From contig OZ024741.1 of NCBI GenBank assembly GCA_964016885.1, positions 288,734,001-288,798,000 on the forward strand: a stretch of 64,000 nucleotides of DNA, in the 5' to 3' direction. The notes beneath the pieces are model-generated. The model saw only the letters and a program-made list of their open reading frames with translations. It did not search any database and was not told where the DNA came from. Below are positions 48,815 through 61,840 of this stretch, piece after piece. Source of the DNA: Eledone cirrhosa. Its lineage: Eukaryota. Each line of letters begins with the position of its first letter. Position 1 is the first letter of the stretch. The position numbers and the translations under genes were made by a program.

Positions 48815-51800
48815 CTACAGGCTGATATAGAGAGAAGGCCCATTCACTCGGGCCATTCTCGTCACTTTCACACACCTTTCATAAAACTTGCTGGGGTACA
48901 GCACCTCTCTCTCCATCCTGATTCTTCTTCCAAAGTGGTATTTGAAAAAAACAATCAGTTGTTGGCCGGAGAGAAAGGTGTCTGACCTCAGCCCTTTCAA
49001 CCTTGTCCACCATACAACCTCTTTCGCCATAACTATCACACAAAGGAAAACCGCCTCTCCTTCGTTTTTGAAGGAGGGGGGCGGTTTGATCATGACAATG
49101 GACTCGGTGGTGAACTGGATTGGTCCCACCCGCGACAATAGTCGTTCTACATAGCCCCACAGCTCGGTGACGCCCGGGCAGTGTATGAATGCGTGCGCGA
49201 CGGTTTCTTCGTCTCGCACGCACCTCGGACAGATCTTTTTTGCAGGGTCCCTTCCCGGGCGCCCATGTCTGTAGAGCTTGTCACGAACTGGTAGAGCTCC
49301 TCGGTAGCACTGCCAGGCCAGGGACTTTTGGAAGTTGTCCATCGGTCCCGGGGGGAAGGTCCTACCGAACAGACTGGCCAGTTCGTCTTCCTCTACGCCC
49401 AGAGTTTCACCGAGCACGTCGTCGCACTTGCTGCGGAACAACCCTCTATAGAATGACGAAGTGGAGTCTCCACTGATCGCCGGGTCCGCCTGCCAGAGGG
49501 CTGTGAGCGCCTGAGCACATTCGATGTGCCAGTCGCCCATTTTCCTCGGTCTTTGCTTGACCCAGGACTGCAGCTCGGTCAGCGAGACGAGTCGTGGGAA
49601 GGCTCGCCTCACGAACGGGGCCCACACCGGTTGTCCGGTGAGGAATACGTAGAGACGGTGCAGCCTGAGTGCGTGTTTGCGCATCGTCAGCCACGGCAAC
49701 CCCAGCCCTCCGTTGCAAGGGTGTTGGCAGCAGATGGATCTTCTCACCAAAGGAGCCCGCCTCTTCCAAAGGAATTGGAAGAGCGCGCGCTCCATTTTGG
49801 CACGACGGTCAAGCGGTAGTAGATGGCGGACGCTATAAAAGCGTTCGCCACCTCCGCTCGACCTTTCAAGGATAGTTTGCACTCGGCCCACTTCTGGGTG
49901 AGTGCAAACGCCTTGGCCGTCACCTCGTTCCAGTTCTTCTCCACCTGGAGGTCCGGACCAAACCAGACCCCGAGCAGCTTTACCGGTCCTTCCGTCCAGC
50001 GTCCGGCGACGCCATCGGAAGGGATCGGTCTGCCTCTCCACGATCCGAGTTGCAAACCGATGGACTTGTCCCGGTTCAGCTTCGCTCCTGTGAACCTTTC
50101 CTATTCCTTCAGTAAGGTGCCGTCTTCCTCGATTTGCGAGGCGCTCGACACCATTACTGTCACGTTGTCGGCGTAGGCCGACGCCGCTTTCCCCAGTCCA
50201 AGTTCCAGAGAGATGCCCTGCAATAGCTCCAGCTTCCGCAGTAGTGGCTCGAGAGTCAGTACGTACAGAAGGGAGGAGAGTGGGCATCCCTGTCGAATGG
50301 ATCGCGTGATATGGAATGGCTCCGAGAGGTAGCCGTTCACCTTGACCCTTGAGCAGATGTTGCTGTTGTGCATTGCAGCAATCCAGTCCCTGAACACGGG
50401 TCCGAAGCCTGCCGCTTCGAGCACCGCATCCAGGTTACAACGATGGTCAACCCTATCGAAAACCTTAGACTGATCCAAGTTGATCAGGGCCCCACCGAAG
50501 CCGGGTTTACACCCTACCCACTCTATAATGTATCGCATGAGGTGGAGGTTGTCGTGTAAGGACCTGGTCAGGATTGCGCATGTCTGCACTTCTCCCACCA
50601 GGTTTTCGATGACAGGCGCCAGCCTCTTTGACAACACCTTGGCCAAAATTTGTAACTCTGTGTTTAGCAGAGTTATGGGCCGGAAGTTGCCTATGTCATC
50701 CCCCTTATTCTCGACCTTCCTGACTAGTGTGATTACGCCCCGGTCACAGAACTGGGAATTCTCCCGTTCTGTTGCCAGTTGCAGTAGACCGCTTCCAGGA
50801 GACCGGAGAATAAGTCAGGCATTGCTACGTAAAATTCGTAGGGTAGACCGTCGAGACCTGGAGATTTGAGTTTGCCGCATTGGCTCAGCGCGTCCCCTAT
50901 CTCAGCGGCCGAAATCGGCTTTTGGCAGAACTTTGCCTCGCTGTCCGAGAGTCGCGGTAGGCCGTCGAGGTATGGACCAAAATCCATAGCCACTCCCGGC
51001 GCGCCGCCCTGCCCGAACAGTTGAGCAAAGTGCCGCTGAAAGGCCGCACACATCTGCTTCGGCTCACGTATCACGCGTCCGTTTTGGTCCTTCAAAGACC
51101 GAATCGTAGACTTGTTGCCACTTTTTGCCACCGTCACTCGGGCCCAGCTAACAGCTTTGGCACCCTCGTTTCCCAGAGCACGTATTTTGCTTCTGACAAC
51201 GCAGCCCACGTGCTTTGCGTCGAAGAACTGGTCCAAGGCCGTTCTCGTTGCTAGCATGCTGGCTACGTTGCCACTTCTAATTGCCTCTTCTACTTTATCT
51301 ACCAGTTCCTTCTCGGTTCTATTTCTATCTAATGCTAATTCTTTACTAAAAACTAACGAGTCTAATCTAACTGCCCTCTTGAGAGAGTACCACCATCTGT
51401 TGTTGACAATGGCCCCTGCCACGTGCTGTTTAACCAAAGTGTTAATCCGTCTACTGTAGGCTTTGCATGTCGGTAACCACAAGTTCAGCTTCCAGTAGCC
51501 GGGTCCTTGTCTATGGGTTCTATCAAGGTTGACCATGCAGGTCACTAGTTTGTGATCTGAATAGACAACCATGAACATTTGTGAACAGCTTAACATGTCC
51601 CTATCCTTATTTCTAACTAGAACCCTATCTAGGTACGATCTAGATGTTCCGCTACGATTAGTCCACGTACACAGTGGCACAGTCGGAAAATCTAGTCGAT
51701 ATCTATCGGCCAGGTCAAATCGGCCGATTAACTGTTTGAGGCTGTTACACCCCCCCTTTATCGGGACATGCTCCCGCATAGTCCCAACGTGCATCTAGGA

Positions 51801-52233
51801 ATCCATTCCAGTCCCCCACTAAAAGCAAGGAGCGGGACGTTCCCAGAAAAGTCTCTAGACGTTTGAAGAAGTCTGGCCGCGGTGTCCCGGATGTGGCATA
51901 TGCGGCCACCAGCCTGAATTCGCCACCTTCACTACCGTCAACGTCTAGGCCCACCAGTCAACCCTCCGGGTCCAGATGTACCATCTGTGTTACGAGGCCC
52001 AGGTGTTCCCGCAGCAAAACGGCAACCCCGCCCCCACCCCCCGGCCGACAGAGAGATGCGTAGATCTCAAAGTCATCGAAGATGGGGGCCAGCTGTCGCT
52101 CGCTGTAAATCCTGGACTCGCAAATGGCTACTACATCCATACTGTGCGACCTGAGGTCGTTTAAGAGTTTGCCCTGTTTCCAGGGCATCCCCAGGCCGCG
52201 TTCATTCACACATCCAACTCTTATATTGGCCAT
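48815..52233 (-). pseudogene. ORF2 (APE endonuclease-RT-zinc region), disrupted
   Basis: Starts MANIRVGCVNERGL, then GDWN, SDH, KSPGLDG, RQGCPLS, YADN and CPRC..HAFIHC. In-frame TGA at ~51958 and several frameshifts. Confidence 0.92.
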
Positions 52234-52248
52234 TTTGGTTCTGAAAAG

Positions 52249-54023
52249 TTAAAAGAGGAGAAGAAAACACTCACCTCTTCGTTTCCCGGGGATCAGGCCG
52301 CACGGTTTCCATGGGGGTGTTAGAGGGGTTGTCTGGTGGGTGGTGGTTTCCGGCGGGGTGGGGACGGAAATGTTTGGTGGGGTGGGGGTGTCTGGGGTGA
52401 GGGTGGGGAAACTTTTTAAAAGGACGCGGTTAATGGGTTTAACACAAGGATTACCCACGTCCTTAGGAAAGTTTTCCTTTAAAGACTTATAGGTCTCCGT
52501 AGGGACCCCAATCATCTTTAAATTAGGTTTGTCTACACAGTTCGAAAAAGTTTTCCCTTCGGTTTTCACCGAAGGGTCGTTGGATATGACCTCCATTAAA
52601 GTTTTGTTTTTACTGTTTATGTATGTGTAATGTTCTTGTTGTGTTGCGGTGGTTTTTGTCTGTTGTTCTTGTGGGAGCTTTCGTTTTATTGTAGGTGTTT
52701 GTGTTTGGAGTGATGTCGTGGTTTTATTTTCTGGACGGGGGGGGGGGGGTTGTAATGTTTGTGTTGTTTGTGTTGGTGGTTGTATGTTTGTAGTGATGTT
52801 TGTTGTTTTTTTGTTCTTGTGGTGTCTTTTCTTCTTTCTTTTCGAACGGAGAGGCTCTCCCTCATCGTCACTTGGTGATGATATGGGGGCCTCGTTCGTT
52901 GTGGTGTCTGTGTTATTTGGAAGGGGTATGTTTTGGGGAGCTGTTGTGTTTGTAGGTGTTTTTGCAGTGGTTTTAGGTGGAGTGGGGTTGGGTGGGACTG
53001 TGCTTGCAGGTTGATTTGTTGTTCTTGTTTTTGGTTGTGTTTGCGTGTTGTTTTTGTTGTTGTTGTTGTTGTTTTGGGTGTTGGCAGTAGTGCCTCTTTT
53101 TTTTTGTAGTTAACTGAGGACAGTAAGCCTTGAGGTGACCACTGCTTAAACAGTGGTAACATGAAGGCCGCCTACCCTCAACAGAAATGTTTATGTGTGA
53201 AATTCCATCCAGAGGCACACGTTGGGGTATTTTAGCTATCCGTTCTGGCCTCATTTGGACCAGAACTTCCATGCTTGTACCATTGAATGTGCCCCTGGAG
53301 GACTTTCCCACCGAAATGATGGTGTCTTCGTCGAAATCGATGAAGCCAGTTAGAATCCACCAGACGTTTACATTTGGTGCAATGTTCAACATTTTTATTT
53401 TTTGTGTTCTTTTCCCCATAAATGTGGGGAAAAAGGTGTAAAGCGGGGGACACAATCGGCGATACAGAATATTTTTGTGCTGTCAATTGGTCTTTCAACA
53501 ACACCGAAATGCTTCCAAAAAGTTTCCCTTTTTGGATGAAGGCAATATCCTTCATGGAATTTTTCAGAACCAGTTCAATATCGTTTTGGGATAATTGAAC
53601 TGGTTTTTTCGATACATTTGAAACCGTCCTAAAAATTACTGTTTTTAGAACAGTTTCTCTGCGTAACTGTTGAGGAGAAGTGATGCTGAAAGCACCACTC
53701 TCACCAAAAGTTACGTACTGTTTTGCATCGCTTAACATTTCCCTGGCATTGGAAATGTCAAGGTATGTGAGCAGTTCCGTCTTTTGGACGGTTTGCGCAA
53801 AGGAAATCTTTTCCTTGTTCGTGGAGTTGTTCGTGTTGCTGTTGTTGTTGGTGGTGTTGTTGTTATCATTGTTGCTGTTGGTGGTGGTGTTGTTGTTATC
53901 ATTGTTGCTGTTGTTGTTCTTGTTGTCATTTTTGTTGTTGTTGTTGTTCTGGTTGGTGTTGCTTATATTTTGCATGTTATTGGTGTTTGTGTTAGTGTTG
54001 ATGTTACAATCAACGTCCGACAT
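52249..54023 (-). pseudogene. ORF1 (gag-like; Asn-rich N-terminus, single CCHC knuckle CYHCLSSGHLKAYC, low-complexity C-terminus), frameshifted
   Basis: ORF pieces 53232-54299, 52973-53455 and 52249-52596. ATG (MSDVDCN) at 54023 is the presumed start, and the stop lies 15 nt before the ORF2 ATG. Confidence 0.75.
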
Positions 54024-54399
54024 CGTGTTTTCAAAACTGACGACATTTTCGATGTCTTTCAATGAGGTGGTGAGAGTAGGTGACTGCGAGCTTAACACTC
54101 TTACCGCCTCTCCACCACTTCTAGTTATGAACGCAGCGTTCATGACTGAATGCAAGGTTTGGTTACACTTTTTTTTTTCACCGGCGAAATTTTTTTTCCA
54201 AACGAAAATTTCACCCCAGGGAGGGGTGAAGATGACTTGACCCACCGTCTGAAAGTCCAGACGTGGGGTCAAGCTATAAAATAGTAATAAATTTAACAAT
54301 AAATTTTTGATTTCTTACTTAGAAAATCAACAAAAACTTACCAGCGAACTGGCACACGTCTCAAGTAAAACAGATAGACAGATAAATAGATAGACACAC

Positions 54400-54453
<54 letters not shown>

Positions 54454-54456
54454 TTA

Positions 54457-54553
54457 TGTTTCTTTATTAGCCACAGGGGCACAAAAGAAGGGGACAAATA
54501 CAAAGGGGGAAGTTTACATACAATAAAATGTGTAAAATGTTATCACAAATGCA
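54457..54553 (-). mobile_element. ~97-bp 3' UTR stub of group A Tx1 LINE
   Basis: Nearly identical to 48575-48672, with (GATA)n on both sides. Confidence 0.93.
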
Positions 54554-54781
54554 GATAGATAGATAGATAGACAGATAATCCCACCGGTGTCAACTTTAGC
54601 AGTTATTCTACCAGGATCGTCAACATAAGAACCACATCTGACGCCTCGTTTCCTGTGTAAGATATCATACCTGTATGAGTTATAGCGTCCGACAATATGT
54701 CTTCTAGTTATGGCTCTATGCGTTCTGTGTTCAAATCCTGCTGAGGCTCTGCATACATTCTCCTCAGTACCTAATTTTGTT

Positions 54782-55110
54782 TTCTTCTTCTTCTTCTTCT
54801 TCTTCTTCTTCTTCTTCTTCTTCTTCTTCTTCTTCTTCTTCTTCTTCTTCTTCTTCTTCTTCTTCTTCTTCTTCGTCGTCGTCGTCCAATTATTCCTGGG
54901 AGGGTCGTGAGGGGCAAAGTCCTTAAACACTCCTTCCAGCGAGTCCTTTTACAAGCAACCGTCTCCAATTGATCCAGCTGGATCCCCAAACGAGACCAGC
55001 CGAGCTCATGGATGATATCCAACCATCTTGCTCGGGGTCTACCCCTTGGTCTTCTGTTGTTTCTTCTCTTAAAATCTGTCCAGCGATTCTTCCCTGAGAC
55101 ATTGTACCTA
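54782..55110 (-). mobile_element. RTE-clade (Expander/Rex3-like) LINE 3' end with (GAA)n tail
   Basis: RPRGRPRARWLDIIHELGWSRLGIQLDQLETVACKRTRW, followed by (GAC)n(GAA)n. Confidence 0.8.
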
Positions 55111-55132
55111 ATTCACATATACTATTTTTGAA

Positions 55133-55322
55133 AGGGGGATTGGCAGTATCGGTAGAGGGTCGGACACCATGCTTTGCAGCATAGTGTTACGGCCCTTGCC
55201 ATTCTGAGTTCAAATCCCGCCGAGGTTAACTTTGCCTTTCATCCTTACAGGGTTGATGAAATAAAGTACCAGTAATGTACTGGATAATTGCTGGCCTTGT
55301 GCCAAAAGTAGAAACAATTATT
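55133..55322 (+). mobile_element. Full-length SINE
   Basis: Near consensus, ending GGCCTTGTGCCAAAAGTAGAAACAATTATT. Confidence 0.92.
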
Positions 55323-56259
55323 CGTGAAATATTTCTGGCAATGACTTTACTACACCCACATCCGAGACTATTCTTTAACCATTGTTGTTTAGCTAAAGGT
55401 CAAACCTGATTGAGCAGATATATGATCAAAGGTGTTCCAGATATGACCATCCTCTCTTTTTATACATCTAGTATTATGTTCTCTACTGTGTCCTTCCTTG
55501 TTTTGAGGAAATTTAACTGGTATTTCAAGCACATTGAGTGAGCAATCAATGAGAAATCCCCTTAGCGGGTCCTCAGTTATGAGTAAGAAGTAACGAAGTA
55601 TGAAAGAAAAATATATATATAAAGAGAAGCTAGGCATGAATGCCTCCTACTCACATTCATATCCTGTTTATATTTCTGAAGTTGCCTGTCTAAATTGAGA
55701 AATAAATATTTTCTTTTAAATTAGCAATGTCCTTCCCCACCACCTCACATTCACGACCACCATCACCACCACCACCACCACAACAACAACAACAACAACA
55801 GCAATAACAACAACAGCAACAATAATAACAGCAATAACAACAACAGCATCAATAATAACAGCAACACAACAATCAATAGTACCACGACAACTACCACCAT
55901 AACAACAATAACAACAGCACCAATATCATCTCCCCTCCACTATTAAATACAGCATTCTATCACCGCCACCAACACCATCACCACCACACCACCACCACTA
56001 TCACCACCACCACCACCACCGTTGCCACCACCACCACCACCACGACGACGACGACGACGACCACCACCACCACCACCACCACCACCACCACTAGCAACAA
56101 CATCATCATCATCATCAACAACATCAACTACACAGTCTAAACCGATAACAGCAACAAAAACAAGTAAAAGGTTACTCACTAAAAGACATCCGGGTAATTG
56201 TGACTATACTAATATCTCATTAAATTGAGGAAATTGTCAAGGCAGGAATAAAACAGAGC

Positions 56260-56297
<38 letters not shown>

Positions 56298-56298
<1 letters not shown>

Positions 56299-58910
56299 CT
56301 TTCTTTATTAACCACAAGGGTTTACACAAAGTAGACATTAAGGACAGTACAGGACAATACAGGACGGTACAAAAGGGCATTTCTGCGTGTAAAAAAAAAC
56401 AAGAAACACAGGATGTAATAATAGAACAATGAAAAAATTCCCCAATAGGGGGGAGACTTCCGAGGGACATTCGTGGAGAAAGCCCATTAAAAAGCCACAG
56501 TGACCCTGACCACCAGGGCAAGTACCCTCTCCCAGTTTTCCACCTTTAATTTACAGACACATACTCAGAGAAGGCCCATTCATTCGAGCCATTCTTGCAT
56601 CTCTCACCCATCTTTCAACAAAATGCTGGGAAGAGAACACTTCCCTCTCTACCCTGATTTTCCTTTTCAAATGAAATCTGAAAAGGTTAATTAGGGCATC
56701 AGCGAAGAGGTAAGTGCTCGTCTTCATCCCTTTCAAAAGCGTCCACCATACTATCTCTTTCGCCATGGCCACCAGACAGATAAAATTTGCCTGCCATTCC
56801 CGGCTAAAGGAAGAGGGCGGGGCAATCCTCACGATGGACTCAGCTGATAGCTGGATCTGTCCTACACGCGACAGTAGGTGTTCAACATAAACCCACAAGT
56901 CAGCAATGCTCGGACACTGGAGTCCATAGGCTCCGGCCCGAAAGTTCTTCCGAAGAGATTGGCTAGTTGATTTTCGTCGACGCCTAGAGTTTCCCCAAGT
57001 ACGTCGTCGCTCTTCCCCTCCCACTAATTCTCTATAGAACGCCAAGATGGAGTTTCCACCGATCACATTGCCCGATTGGTCGAGGGCTGTGAGCGCCTGA
57101 AGACATTCCAGTCTCCAAGCGCTCCCTCTCGGTCTTCGCTTTACCCAGCACTGCAGCTCCGTCAAGGAGACGAGCTGGGGAAAGACGCGTCTAGCAAACG
57201 GTGACCACACCTGATCACCGTTGAGAAAGAGGTGGAGATGTCGTAGCCTGAGCGCGTGTCTGCGCATCATCAGCTACGGCATGCCCAGCCCTCCATGTAG
57301 ATGGATCATCTGACCATCGGAGCGCGTCCCTTCCACAAAAAGCGAAAGAGCAAACGCTACAGCACAGTCAGGCGAGGCTTAGGACAAGGCACGACGGTCA
57401 GGCGGTAGTAGATGACGGACGTGATGTACGCATTCGCCACCTCCGCTCGACCTTTCAGGGATAGCTTCCTCTCTGCCCATTTCTGGGTGAGAGAAGCCAC
57501 CCTGCTCGTCACCTCGTCCCAGTTTTTGTCCGTCTGGAGGTCCGGACCGAACCAGATCCCTAGCAATTTACCCGATCTGACCGTCCAGCGCCCGACAACG
57601 CTGTTGGACGGCATGGACCTGCCTCTCCAGGTGCCGAGATGCAGGCCCACCGACTTTTCCTGGTTGATCATTGCTCCTGTCACCGCTTCGTATTATCTTA
57701 GTGTAATGCCGATCGCCTCGATGTGTTTGGCGTTCGACACCACTACGGTGACATCGTCCGCATATGCTGACACGAAACTTCCGCATCCTAGTTCGCGCGG
57801 GACCCCTCTCAACGTCTCCTGTTTGTGCAGTAATGGCTCGAGAGTCAATACGTACAAGAGGGACGAGAGGAGACATCTTTGGCGGACCGAGCGCATCATG
57901 TTGAACGGTTTCGAAAGGTGACCGTTCACTCTCACCACAGAGCAGATGTCGCTGTGCATGGCAGCGATCCAGCCTCTGAAGACGGGCCCGAAGCCAGCCG
58001 ACCTCAGGACTGCCGCCAGATAACGATGGTCGACCCTATCGAAAGCTTTCGACTGATCTAAATTGATCAAAGACCCACCCGTGCCAGGTTCCCTAGCTAC
58101 CTTCTCTACGATGTATCGCATGAGGTGGAGGTTGTCGTGGATGGATCTGTCGGGAATGGCGCATGTCTGCGCCTCTCCCACCAGACCTCCAACGACAAGC
58201 GCCTTGGCCAAAATCTTGTTTAGCAGAATTATGGGCCTGAAATTATCTATGTTATCCCCCTTGTTCGGATCCTTTCTCAGCAGCGCCACCGCTCCTTGGC
58301 TCACAGAGCTGGGAATTCTCCCGTTCTGTTGCCAGTTGCAGTAGACGTCCGCCAAGAGGCCTCCGAACAAGTCTGGCATCTGTAGGTAAAGTTCATAGAG
58401 CAGATCATCCAAACAAGGCGATTTACCCCATGTGCAGCCAGTCATTGCCTCCTGTATTTCAGCGGCTGTTATCGGCTTTTCGCAACACTCCACCTCAGTG
58501 GCCGAGAGCCTTGGCAGTCCATCGAGGTAGGCACTAAAGTCCATCCCTCGATCCGGCCAGCCGCTGCCCCCGAACAACTGAGCGAAGTGTCGCTGAAAAG
58601 ATTCACACATTTGCCCGGGATCGAGTAGCATGCGCCCGTCGTGATCCACCAAAGACCGGATCGTGGCTTTATTGCTACGACGCGCCTCCGCCACTCGGGA
58701 CCATTGAACGGCTTTCGTCCCCTCGTGTCTGAGAGCACGCACCCTAGCTCTGACAACGCAGCCTTCGTACTTTGCATTGAAGAATTGGTCAAGGGCCAAT
58801 TTTGCAGCAAGTACGTTGGTCGCGATGACTTTGCTAAGCGCCTCGTCTAATTTTCTAACTAGTTCTCCCTCTGCTCTATTTTTCTCTATTGCTAAAGCCT
58901 TACTAAACCT
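56298..58910 (-). mobile_element. L1-Tx1-type LINE family B, 5'-truncated and decayed, in (ATT)n
   Basis: RT ORFs 57693-58949, 57357-57683 and 56551-57270 are homologous to group A but diverged. The 3' end is CCCTTGTGGTTAATAAAGAAAGC(ATT)n and the 5' flank is ATTACTATTATT. Confidence 0.93.
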
Positions 58911-58931
58911 AATAATAGTAATAGTAATAAT

Positions 58932-58976
58932 GATTTCTTTATTAACCACAACGGTTTACACAAAGTAAGACAAGGA
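58932..58976 (-). mobile_element. ~45-bp 3' stub of family B Tx1 LINE
   Basis: TTTCTTTATTAACCACAACGGTTTACACAAAGTA matches 56300-56335. Confidence 0.88.
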
Positions 58977-58991
58977 TAGTAATAGTAATAA

Positions 58992-59314
58992 TAATTATTT
59001 CTACTTTTGGCACAAGGCCAGCAATTATCCCAATGCATTACTGGTACTTTATTTCATCGACCCCGTAAGGATGAAAGAAAAGTTAACCTTGGCGGGATTT
59101 GAACTTGGACTATAAAGGGCCGTAACTCTTTGTTGCAAAGCATGGCGTCCGACCCTCTACCGATACTGCCAATCCACCTCCCTTAGTAATAGTAATAATA
59201 ATTGTTTCTACTTTTGGCACAAGGCCAGCAAATACCCAGTGTATTACTGGTACTTTATTTTATCGACCCCGTAAAGATAAAAGGCAAAGTCAACCTCGGC
59301 GGGATTTGAACTCA
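58992..59314 (-). mobile_element. Two stacked SINEs (58992-59182 full; 59198-59314 5'-truncated)
   Basis: Near consensus, each separated by AGTAATAGTAATAATAAT. Confidence 0.92.
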
Positions 59315-59387
59315 GTAATAGTAATAATAATAACAACAACAGACGCACTTACATTTGGGCGTAGTTACATGTACACATGCAATTTCA

Positions 59388-59930
59388 CTTACACACATAC
59401 ATGCATATAAACACACATACATACATATATATATATACACATATATGCATATATATACACACATGCTTGCATATATACACACATACATGCATATACAAAC
59501 ACACATACATGCATATATACACACATTCATGCATATATACACACATACATGCATATATACACACATTCATGCATATATAAACACACATACATGCATATAT
59601 ACACACATACATGCATATATACACACACACATACATGCATATATACACACACATACATGCATATATATACACACATACATGCATATATACACATACATGC
59701 ATATATACACACACATACATGCATATATATACACACATACATGCATATATAAACACACATACATGCATATATAAACACACATACATGCATATATACACAC
59801 ATACATGCATATATACACACACATACATGCATATATACACACACATACATGCACATATATACATACATACATGCATATATAAACACACATACATGCATAT
59901 ATACACACACATTCATGTATTTATACACAC
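59388..59930. repeat. ~20-bp minisatellite (ACACACATACATGCATATAT)n
   Basis: Directly visible. Confidence 0.92.
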
Positions 59931-60465
59931 ATAAATGCATACACTCACATATTCATGCATATATACACATATATACACATACATGCGTGCATATATACAC
60001 ACATATAAACACATACATATGGTCACTGATACATTTATATTGACATTTACGCCCTCACACATACATGCACTCAATGTCACATACTTACACAGGGATACCC
60101 TCACAGATATATGCACATACATGCACATACAAGCACGTGCATGCATATATGTTCACATTTACATACATACACGTACATGCGTACACTTGCATATGCTGGG
60201 TGACACATATGTACACATAGTGGTGTCCTCACACATGCATGCACTCACTACCATATACTTACTTACACACAGAGATGCCCTCACATATACATACACATGT
60301 ATGCACTCATTGACACATCATACAGAGATGCCCATACACACACAAACAGAGATGCCCATACACACACAAACACATACATGCAGTCGCCGATACATACATA
60401 CACACAGGGATGTCCTCACACACACATATGAACATATGTTCACTGCATGCGCATATTCACACGCT

Positions 60466-60513
<48 letters not shown>

Positions 60514-60849
60514 AATATGTATTGGGTCGTCTAGTATGAAATTTGTAGAAAAATAACAAATTTCTAAAAATTTCTACAAATTTCATAGTTGACGGCCTAA
60601 TACATATGTACATACACATGCACACATACAAACACATTCTCACACACATACGCACACTTACACGAACGTGTATACACTCACACTCATACAAACGTACGCA
60701 TCTACGTAGTCGTTTGACCAACCAGAAATAGCAGACATATCTCCTTCAAATCCCACCACACCGTCTTAAGAAATTGTACGTTGAATGTGACCCTCGATTC
60801 CCTATACATAGGAAAGTGATGGGGGTGGTCACAGTTGGAATGGAGGGGT

Positions 60850-61205
60850 GGAGAGAGAGAGAAAGAGAGAGAGAATGGAAGAGAGACAGAGAATTATTTT
60901 CATCACATACCTACATGATCCTAGTTAACCTTGAGAGAGTGAGGGTGAGAGAACGAGAGGGAGAGAGAGAAAGAGAGAGAGGGACATGGAGAGAGAGAGA
61001 AAAGAGAGAGAGGAGGATGGAGAGAGAGAATGGAGGGATGAAGAGAGAGAAAAAGCGAGAGTGAATGGAAGAGAGAGAGAATGTTTTTCATCACATACCT
61101 ACTTAATCTTGGTTAACCTTGAGAGAGTGAGGGGGGAGAGAGAGAGGGGGGGAGAGAGGAGGTGGAGAGAGAGAGAAAAAGAAAGAGAATGGAAGAGAGA
61201 GAGAT
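60850..61205. repeat. 188-bp tandem duplication in GA-rich DNA
   Basis: CATCACATACCTAC....GTTAACCTTGAGAGAGTGAGGG at 60901 and 61089. Confidence 0.85.
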
Positions 61206-61432
61206 CGATAGAAACAGACAGCCATAAAAAAAGGTAGACAAACAGGGGTGGGTAGACAGCGCGTCTATAGGATAGGGGTGGAGTGTATTGCTGAGAGACT
61301 CCAGATTTAGAATAAATGTTTTGCTATTATGAATGCCGTCACACAGAGAGGTGTAGTCGAGGGTTCTAACCAGGGTATGTAGTACGAAGATTTAGTTTAA
61401 ACCAGTTTACACCGTTACGGGTGTAAATAAGT

Positions 61433-61840
61433 CTTTCTAACATTGGCACAAGGACAGCAATTTGGAGGAAAAGGAAAGTCGCTTATATCGACCCCAGTGC
61501 TTAGCAGGTATTTCTTTGTATCGATTCCTGAAAGAGGAAAGGTATAGTTGACCTCGGTGGGGTTTGAACTCAGAACAAGAACTGGTGCAAATAAAACTAA
61601 GCATTTATCCGACGATTGGCGGTATCGGTAGAGGGTCGGGCGCCATGCTTTGTAGCATAGAATTAAGCCCCTTTACAGTCTGAGTTCAAATCCCGCCGAA
61701 GTTCACTTTGCTTTTCATCCTTACTGGGTCGATAAAATAAAGTACCAGTCATGAACTGAGGTCGATTTAATCTACTCCCCCCCCCCCAAAAAAAAAATTG
61801 CTGGTCTTGTGCCTATACATTTATCCGCCGTGCCAATATA
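61433..61840. mobile_element. + strand SINE (61612-61817) nested in an older - strand SINE
   Basis: TSD CATTTATCCG at 61602-61611 and 61818-61827. Confidence 0.85.

Larger units (their letters stand above)
48575..54371 (-). mobile_element. Near full-length L1-Tx1-type LINE (group A), ~5.8 kb, in (TATC)n
   Basis: 5' UTR, ORF1 with CCHC knuckle, ORF2 APE-RT, and 3' UTR ending CCCTTGTGGCTAATAAAGAAACA. (GATA)n on the + strand at both ends. Confidence 0.95.
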
